From Gemmatimonadaceae bacterium (GTDB lineage Bacteria; Gemmatimonadota; Gemmatimonadetes; Gemmatimonadales; Gemmatimonadaceae), in contig DATIEP010000023.1 in NCBI GenBank assembly GCA_035455745.1, forward strand, positions 16,628 through 80,627: a DNA stretch of 64,000 nt, in the 5' to 3' direction. This document shows positions 58,935 to 64,000 of the stretch, piece by piece. Position 1 is the stretch's first letter; every line of letters begins with the position of its first letter. The notes beneath the pieces were generated by a model. The model had not been told where the DNA came from, made no database searches, and saw only the letters and a program-made list of their open reading frames with translations. The translations under genes were made by a program, and so were the position numbers.

Positions 58935-59420
58935 CTAGGTCGGAATTCCGTGAGCCAACCGGCCAATCAAGCTCTCTACCTCAATGGCTCCAACATCGGT
59001 CGATGCAAAGTCGATTGGCGTTCGGCCTCCAAGCGCCTTGACAGGGTTGGTAAGCCAGCGTTGCGCGGCATCCGCGCTTCCTTCGAACAACTCGATTGCG
59101 CGGGCAACGATTCGCGACATGCGAACCAAGCGATCTGTTTCGTCGCGCGCGAAGCGCCCACTCTCCTTTCGTCTTGCAAGTGTGCGTTCAGGAATCTCGG
59201 CCACTTGCGCGAGAACGCGATATGGGAGGTCCGTATTGCGATGAAACCTCTCAAACGCGGCGTACGTGAGCCCGCGCCGAATGTGTTCGACAACGTACAG
59301 AGGATCGTAGTTTCGCAGGCCGAATAGCGCGACGTAGTAATGGCCTGCTCGATGGCCTGCTTCCTGATGACTCAGAAGCTCGGCGATATCGGCTGGGATC
59401 TTACGGGCTGTGCTTACCAT
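58935..59420 (-). CDS. Xre/MbcA/ParS-type antitoxin (DUF2384)
   Basis: Start at MVSTARKIPADIAELL. The C-terminus AAQRWLTNPVKALGGRTPIDFASTDVGAIEVESLIGRLAHG is the typical toxin-binding domain. A Shine-Dalgarno aggagg precedes the ATG. Confidence 0.8.
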   Translation of the reverse strand: MVSTARKIPADIAELLSHQEAGHRAGHYYVALFGLRNYDPLYVVEHIRRGLTYAAFERFHRNTDLPYRVLAQVAEIPERTLARRKESGRFARDETDRLVRMSRIVARAIELFEGSADAAQRWLTNPVKALGGRTPIDFASTDVGAIEVESLIGRLAHGIPT

Positions 59421-59434
59421 GCCGCCTCCTGGCT

Positions 59435-59466
59435 GCCATATGGCGTAACTTACAACGCCATATGGC
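59435..59466. promoter_or_regulatory. Perfect 11-bp inverted repeat, candidate operator of the Xre-RES module
   Basis: gccatatggcg (59435-59445), a 10-nt loop, then cgccatatggc (59456-59466), beginning 15 nt upstream of the antitoxin ATG. Confidence 0.45.
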
Positions 59467-59487
59467 AACTGCCAAGGCGCGAGCCGA

Positions 59488-59637
59488 CTAGCCTCCTAGG
59501 CGAAATTGCAGGGAACGCCGAACAGTCGCCAGGTCATCTCCATAGTGAAGGCGGACAAACTCGAAGACCTCGCGAGGCGCGTGGTCATGTTGGGTCATGT
59601 CGGCGAGGAGATCTTCTTCAAGTTGGGAGAGTACCAT
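59488..59637 (-). CDS. Possible 49-aa ORF at the head of the Xre-RES cassette
   Basis: Hand translation gives MVLSQLEEDLLADMTQHDHAPREVFEFVRLHYGDDLATVRRSLQFRLGG*. The ATG lies 9 nt after the 3' box of P9. It is too short for the ORF track. Confidence 0.25.
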   Translation of the reverse strand: MVLSQLEEDLLADMTQHDHAPREVFEFVRLHYGDDLATVRRSLQFRLGG

Positions 59638-59646
59638 TTGCACAGC

Positions 59647-59741
59647 CAGAAACGCCCGAGTTCAGCTGGCCGGCGGCCACGTGGACCGTGCATGCGGTCG
59701 GAGCGTTAGGCTGTCACGTCAGCCCGAACGAGCCGTTAGCC
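59647..59741 (-). repeat. attC-like palindrome with degenerate 3' box (P9)
   Basis: Coding strand: GGCTAAC-GGCTC-GTTCGGGCTGAC ... GGCCAGCTGAAC-TCGGGC-GTTTCTG, 95 nt. The inner boxes pair about 9/12 with one bulge. Confidence 0.45.
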
Positions 59742-59780
59742 CGAAGGCGAGCCGACGGGTGGGTTGCGTCCCCATCCCCA
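59721..59780. repeat. Non-coding copy of the 60-nt block that forms the Imm50-like gene 3' end at 60407-60466
   Basis: 54/60 identical. It would read SPWGWGRNPPVGSPSG* but is preceded by an in-frame stop. Confidence 0.8.
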
Positions 59781-59837
59781 GGGTGATCATCGACCGAAAC
59801 GCTTAGCCATAGCCACAAGAGGAGGCAACGACTCAGC

Positions 59838-60242
59838 TTATGAAGCGGCAGCCAGCGTCTTGAACGGTACCGTGGCCACGATCCCCCTGACCTGCTTGCG
59901 GAGATCCGCGTCAAGGGTGACGAACGCGTCAGCCTGGAGCTTGGCGACGGCGATGTACTCCGCCTTACCAGTATCTGCCCACCCCAGTTGCTCCGCCATC
60001 TTCCACGCGACAGCCCGTGAGACGCGGTCGCCAAGAAGGCGCACGCGCATCGATGTTATTCCATCAAGGAGTGCCGTCGCATCGTCTTGGCTCACCTCTC
60101 CCCGACGATATGCTCGGTACACAATCGATAGCGCATCAGATCGCAAGACATTGGGGCCAACAAGCTGGTGCGCGCTCGGCACCACGATCCCTTCACGAAC
60201 CAGCCGGACGGCAACCTCCGCGTCGATACCATAACGAGTCAT
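59838..60242 (-). CDS. PIN-domain-like protein (VapC-like), no cognate antitoxin gene seen
   Basis: Start at MTRYGIDAEVAVRLV. The C-terminus GKAEYIAVAKLQADAFVTLDADL resembles the D-x-YIA-A...L-T-D region of PIN toxins. Confidence 0.45.
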   Translation of the reverse strand: MTRYGIDAEVAVRLVREGIVVPSAHQLVGPNVLRSDALSIVYRAYRRGEVSQDDATALLDGITSMRVRLLGDRVSRAVAWKMAEQLGWADTGKAEYIAVAKLQADAFVTLDADLRKQVRGIVATVPFKTLAAAS

Positions 60243-60275
60243 AGCCGTTGCGTACCTCAAGTCATTTCGTGGTCG

Positions 60276-60376
60276 GCATAACGCCGAGTTCACCCGCACG
60301 CGCACATCAACAAGATGCGGCCGCGCAGCGGCCGCCGTCCCGAACCGTGCTTGTCGGGTGCAACGCTTCGTTAGGC
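60276..60376 (-). repeat. attC-like imperfect palindrome (P7)
   Basis: Coding strand: GCCTAAC-GAAGC-GTTGCACCCGACAAGC ... GCGTGCGGGTGAAC-TCGGC-GTTATGC, 101 nt. The inner boxes pair 13 bp with 1 mismatch and 2 bulges. The loop contains the GC hairpin gcggccgc-tgc-gcggccgc (60317-60335). The element ends 33 nt before the PIN ATG. Confidence 0.65.
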
Positions 60377-60406
60377 CTCAGCGAGGATGATGCCTGCACG
60401 CGCTCG

Positions 60407-60466
60407 AGCCCTAACGAGTCGTTAGCGCGTATGCGAGCCAACGGGTGGGTTGCGTCCCCATCCCCA
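60407..60466. repeat. 60-nt junction block (coding copy, 3' end of the Imm50-like gene)
   Basis: See 59721-59780. It includes the mini hairpin ctaacg-agt-cgttag (60411-60425) around the stop codon. Confidence 0.8.
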
Positions 60467-60895
60467 CGGCTCGACCCTGCGGACTACTGCGTCGTTGCAG
60501 CTGAAGCGGCCCCCGACGCCGTGGGAGCTCGCCAGCACCACCTCGAACTTTGCCCACTCCAGCTGATCGCGTGTCCGATCCATGATCGCCAGCTCCCAGA
60601 GTGCATTCTGGTCGTTGAACTCCGAGAGCTCAAGCTGCGCGATCCGTCGGAACTCGAACGTGACAAGGCACTCCTTCGACAGGACGTATGTGCCATTCGG
60701 CTCGACCCCGGGACCGGCCAGGTACGCGTAGACTGCCAGCGTGAGTGTCGGCCCCGCGTTCTCGCCAAACCCGCCGCGGTCGAGCACGAGCTGCACAACC
60801 TGGGCATCGTGAAACGTGGGCCAGTGGCCGAACCACTCGACGACGAGCTGTGCACCGTCGATGGACGGTGCGATTGGAGAATCGGATGGCGGCAC
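60422..60895 (-). CDS. Imm50-like immunity protein (polymorphic-toxin immunity family)
   Basis: 157-aa ORF. WFGHWPTFHDAQVVQLVLDR matches the FG-x-WP-x-FHDA signature I associate with Imm50-family proteins. No toxin gene is adjacent. Confidence 0.45.
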   Translation of the reverse strand: MPPSDSPIAPSIDGAQLVVEWFGHWPTFHDAQVVQLVLDRGGFGENAGPTLTLAVYAYLAGPGVEPNGTYVLSKECLVTFEFRRIAQLELSEFNDQNALWELAIMDRTRDQLEWAKFEVVLASSHGVGGRFSCNDAVVRRVEPWGWGRNPPVGSHTR

Positions 60896-60916
60896 GGGCG
60901 AAGGAACGTGTGTGCG

Positions 60917-61040
60917 GGCTAACGCGTAAGGTCAGCTGCGGCGGCGGCATTCGCAGGCGCCAGACAATCAGATAATGCGATGCACCAGCCAAGCGCGCCA
61001 GTATGCATTCAGCGCCGTCCGCTGCAGCGCCTCGTTAGAC
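60917..61040 (-). repeat. attC-like imperfect palindrome (P6)
   Basis: Coding strand: GTCTAAC-GAGGC-GCTGCAGCGGACGG ... CCGCCGCCGCAGC-TGACCTTACGC-GTTAGCC, 124 nt. The inner boxes pair about 10/14. It ends 21 nt before the Imm50-like ATG. Confidence 0.55.
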
Positions 61041-61136
61041 GGAGCCCCTCAGGTGTACGGAGGCGCCGACCACCCGCGGAAGCGTGCGAAGCGGACGGGC
61101 AAAGCGATCCAGTTCTGCGTTCGACGCCAACCCTCG

Positions 61137-61586
61137 CTATTCGTCGTCCGGGATGCCGCGAAGCGCCTCAAGAAATGCGCGCGAACCAGCGCCGTCAGGC
61201 AGGCCCCGCAGGGCCTTGAGCATCGCAACGGGACCGCGCCCGTGCTCGAGACCCCAACTGTGTCCTCGAGCGAACGCGGCGTAGATCTCGTGACGCATCA
61301 CCCGATGGATCTCCCGGCCGAGTTGGCGTCTGGCCCGCCGCTGACGCCAGTAGCGCTCGGGATTCGCTGTTGCTTCCGCCATCAGGCGGGTCTCTCGGCG
61401 CGATAACCGGCGGAGGGGGTGGCCTAAAACGTCGGCCCACCGGGCGCCAGGCTTGAGCGCCCGCATGCGTTGCAGCAACGCGTCGCGGCCATCACCGGCC
61501 ATGGCGAGAGCGCCGAGGCGATCCGGGATCAGCCCAAGGCGCTCCGCTTCCGCGTCGAATGCCTCGATAAACTCCTCCGAAGTCAT
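61137..61586 (-). CDS. Hypothetical protein
   Basis: 149-aa ORF. The ATG overlaps the stop of the upstream gene (ATGA at 61583-61586). No family recognised. Confidence 0.5.
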   Translation of the reverse strand: MTSEEFIEAFDAEAERLGLIPDRLGALAMAGDGRDALLQRMRALKPGARWADVLGHPLRRLSRRETRLMAEATANPERYWRQRRARRQLGREIHRVMRHEIYAAFARGHSWGLEHGRGPVAMLKALRGLPDGAGSRAFLEALRGIPDDE

Positions 61587-62314
61587 CTCTCCCCCACGAT
61601 GCGTCTCGGCGCCACGCCTAACGCCAACGTTCGGCTGCGAGCGCGCAGGAATGCGACTCCCGATGCGGCTCGGTCGCCGGGCGCGCCCGTCAGCCGCGAC
61701 AATCCGTTAGGCATCGGCTCGCGCCCCTCGCTCACGGCGCGCGGCGCGGGCTGCCGAGCCGCCGCGCAGCCGCGCGCCATCCTTAGGTGGGTTGTCAGCT
61801 GCAACGATCGATGTGCGTGTTCCGCTGCGATCAAGGCGCGACTCGCGGCAATCCGGAACTCCTGAATGGGGAACTGCGTCCCAGCGCAGAACTCCTCTAT
61901 CACAGCCAGTGCAGAATCGTAGAGGTCGCTCCGGCGCAGAGCGAGAACCAGTTCCGCGTACCCGAGGTAGCCATCGTCGCCCACCTGGGGGAAGGCGCGT
62001 CGGGCCAAGAAGGCACGTTGGTAGGAATCGAGGGCTTCTGATGCCCGCCCGAGATCGACGAGCGATTCGGCGCGGAGCGCGAGTGCGGAAGCGAGTTGAC
62101 ATGGATCGGGGAATTCAAGAATGAGCCGATCCAGGAGTCCGAGCGCAGCACGCGTCAGATGTTCGTCGCCCGCCTCAAATAGATGCGCCGCCTGAATACG
62201 CAGGTACTGCGCCTTACGGTGAGCTCCGCGTGAGCGAGCGAGTCTCGCATTGAACTCGGCCGCATCGTGGTCACTCCACGTCGATCGACGAAACCACTCA
62301 ACCTTTTCCGTCAT
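61583..62314 (-). CDS. Helical-repeat (TPR-like) hypothetical protein
   Basis: Start moved to MTEKVEWFRRSTWSDHDAAEFNARL (complement of 62312-62314). The ORF-track N-terminus (MREGGGLALGIGRSTAVFIVAGAL) is the decayed permease 5' fragment of the right repeat. Confidence 0.5.
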   Translation of the reverse strand: MTEKVEWFRRSTWSDHDAAEFNARLARSRGAHRKAQYLRIQAAHLFEAGDEHLTRAALGLLDRLILEFPDPCQLASALALRAESLVDLGRASEALDSYQRAFLARRAFPQVGDDGYLGYAELVLALRRSDLYDSALAVIEEFCAGTQFPIQEFRIAASRALIAAEHAHRSLQLTTHLRMARGCAAARQPAPRAVSEGREPMPNGLSRLTGAPGDRAASGVAFLRARSRTLALGVAPRRIVGER

Positions 62315-62416
62315 CGTGATCTGGTGCCGTATACCGCCCGAGCTAACGTGCGGAGCCGCAGGGTCAGAGCAACACGTTGACACAACATCGCCGCACCGCA
62401 TCATCATTTCATTGCG

Positions 62417-62548
62417 GAGCGCACCGGCGACGATGAACACCGCCGTCGATCGACCGATGCCTAACGCGAGCCCGCCGCCTTCACGCACCTGCCGATCGTC
62501 TCCCAGGTGCGCGTCGTCACGTCCGGACCGAACGTCTTGGCAATGAGC
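62417..62548. repeat. Right copy of the duplicated DUF1697-3'end / permease-5'end junction
   Basis: Carries the intact DUF1697 3' end plus a permease start remnant (MREGG..LALGIG.STAVF) with an 89-nt internal deletion relative to 57654-57875. Confidence 0.8.
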
Positions 62549-62988
62549 GCCATGAACGTCGGGGTGCCCGGCGTCGGCACGTACGCCGTGAAGGCCTCGC
62601 GTCCGCTGACCGCGAGAATGCGCACCCCGCCGAGCTCGATGGGCAGCGCGGCTGTCGCGCGGTGTGCGGCTCGCGCAAACGTGACGACGCGGCGGGCGTT
62701 AGGCGCGAGGCGGAACGGCGCGTACGGATCGTCGTCGAGCATCGCTTGTAAGTCCGACACAGGGCGCACGATCGTATAGAACGAGCGGCCAAGCGTCTTT
62801 GACATCGCCGCCTCCGCCTTTCGCTCGAGCGCCGACTCCGATGCGGCGCGCGCGCTGAAGACGACGTTGCCGCTGCCCAGCACCGTCGCCACATCCGCGA
62901 ACGCCGCCGATTCGAACGCCCGCTTGAGCGCCGGCATCTTCGCATTCACCGGCATTACGCCGCGAAGAAACGCTACATAGCGTAGCAC
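62461..62988 (-). CDS. DUF1697 domain protein
   Basis: GTG start preceded by aggagg. MLRYVAFLRGVMPVNAKMPALKRAFESAAFADVATVLGSGNVVF is typical of DUF1697. The stop TAG is in GTTAGGC. Confidence 0.8.
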   Translation of the reverse strand: MLRYVAFLRGVMPVNAKMPALKRAFESAAFADVATVLGSGNVVFSARAASESALERKAEAAMSKTLGRSFYTIVRPVSDLQAMLDDDPYAPFRLAPNARRVVTFARAAHRATAALPIELGGVRILAVSGREAFTAYVPTPGTPTFMALIAKTFGPDVTTRTWETIGRCVKAAGSR

Positions 62989-63424
62989 GATTTCCTCCTA
63001 TGGCACGATCTCGATTCGAACTCGAATGTCGGGAGCTCGTGTATTCGCTTCTGCTTACGCGGAATCATTAGTTCCACTCATTATATGGGACAGCCGCACG
63101 ACCGCACCGCCCTTTCACGCGCACGCGCGTCAGTCAGGCCTGCTCCCAGTAAACGCCCGTCTCGAGCGGCTCCCCGCTCATCAGCGCTTGAAAGCGGGTC
63201 GGGGTAGCTCCCGATCTGTACTAACGCGTCGCTCGCTGCGTCTTCCAGCGGCTCACGAACGAACTGTTTTGAAGACCTTCCAGGCCGGCCACGGCGACAT
63301 GGAGGTGGGCGACAACCCCGCCTCCTCCAGCATGTCCACCAGTCGCATGTACGCGTGTGCGGTTTCCGCCCGGAGTCTCCGAATCAGGAGTGTCGCCTGG
63401 CTTGCGCCTAACGACTACCGGCGG

Positions 63425-63835
63425 CTACGTCGGCAAGCTGTATCGCAACACGAACGGGAAGTCGGCGCCATGCCCAACGGAAGACGCTCCTTCCCCCGTC
63501 AGGCCTCGAAGGTCGCCGGTGCCCGAGCCACGGACGACGGTGTACGACTCGTTCGCCTGCTTACCGTCGAACTCGCCGCTCCGTTGGAGGACGAATGTTC
63601 CCGACTTGCTACCGATCCGGCCAGTGAAGCGCTCCAACCCGACGAACAGCGCCGTGCCATCGCTTCGATACATCATCACGTACTCGACCCGGCTGTCGCC
63701 TTCGATGTCCCCGGTGAAGCTCTTCTCGACGGTCGCCTTGGTCATCTTCGGCAGATTCGGGCCTTCGCTGTACGGCGTTTCGTCCCAACTCTTGATCGCG
63801 AAGCGCGCATTCGCAGTGGCGTTCATGGTCGGCAT
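63425..63835 (-). CDS. DUF3224 domain protein
   Basis: 136-aa ORF: FAIKSWDETPY...FTGDIEGDSRVEYVMMY...GRIGSKSGTFVLQRSG...GSGTGDLRGLTGEG. Confidence 0.7.
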   Translation of the reverse strand: MPTMNATANARFAIKSWDETPYSEGPNLPKMTKATVEKSFTGDIEGDSRVEYVMMYRSDGTALFVGLERFTGRIGSKSGTFVLQRSGEFDGKQANESYTVVRGSGTGDLRGLTGEGASSVGHGADFPFVLRYSLPT

Positions 63836-63862
63836 TCCCGGGCAGAGGTCGGATGCACGTCC

Positions 63863-64000
63863 TTAGAATGTGAGATTGCGCGTAATGCGCCAGTGGCCAT
63901 CGGCTTCGCGGCTCCACACCGTGAGGTAGGCCCCGCCCGAGCGCACCGACGGGCCGGTTCCGCTCGCGGGCGCCTGCGCGATCCACGCGTGGCCCCACTC
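63863..64000 (-). CDS. NTF2-like (DUF4440-type) protein, 5' part outside the window
   Basis: Hand translation of the last 45 codons gives EWGHAWIAQAPASGTGPSVRSGGAYLTVWSREADGHWRITRNLTF*, with stop TAA at 63863-63865. Confidence 0.5.
   Translation of the reverse strand, partial: EWGHAWIAQAPASGTGPSVRSGGAYLTVWSREADGHWRITRNLTF

Noticed and set aside
60317-60335. GC-rich hairpin gcggccgc-tgc-gcggccgc followed by a U-containing tract, as an intrinsic terminator after the Imm50-like gene.
   Set aside because: It sits in the loop of attC-like element P7 and the U-tract is weak, so it cannot be separated from the palindrome structure.
61790-61812. A sixth copy of the attC-like 5' arm (gttgtcagctgcaacgatcgatg).
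   Set aside because: It lies inside the CDS 61583..62314, lacks the terminal GTTAGGC box and has no partner arm. It is probably a chance or relic match.
63080-63085. A perfect TATAAT hexamer (minus strand) 92 nt upstream of the DUF1697 GTG start.
   Set aside because: There is no acceptable -35 element at 16-18 nt spacing, and this is a single hexamer in an AT-richer spacer. The evidence is insufficient.

Overview
This is a 64-kb, high-GC (about 67-68% by eye), densely coding bacterial chromosome segment. PadR regulators paired with duplicated orphan FtsX/MacB-type permeases, TPR Ser/Thr kinases and a GldG-type ABC system suggest an Acidobacteriota/Gemmatimonadota-like soil bacterium (inference). 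I call about 60 CDS or pseudogenes, mostly on the minus strand. I recognised no rRNA, tRNA, CRISPR array, transposase or integrase. Four results stand out. (1) Three lower-GC accessory patches (about 38.0-41.0, 42.8-43.95 and 57.9-62.4 kb) hold co-oriented small genes: TA pairs, GNATs, VOC, PIN-like, Imm50-like, orphans, several decayed. The genes are separated by 94-124-nt imperfect palindromes whose outer boxes are GCCTAAC/GTCTAAC and GTTAGGC/GTTAGAC. These match the integron attC inverse-core/core consensus (RYYYAAC/GTTRRRY), so I read the patches as integrase-less cassette arrays (CALIN-like). (2) The same 7-mer is about 12-fold over-represented across the whole window: 87 hand-counted copies, both orientations, every readable frame, using rare codons. 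That points to a DNA-level signal. (3) A RecB-like nuclease / SF1 helicase fusion is translationally coupled to a membrane protein and preceded by a decayed duplicate of its own 3' junction. (4) The 4.5-kb TA/immunity array is bracketed by a duplicated DUF1697/permease junction. All coordinates were indexed by hand and the repeat and motif positions were re-checked, but a few may still be off by 1-2 nt.
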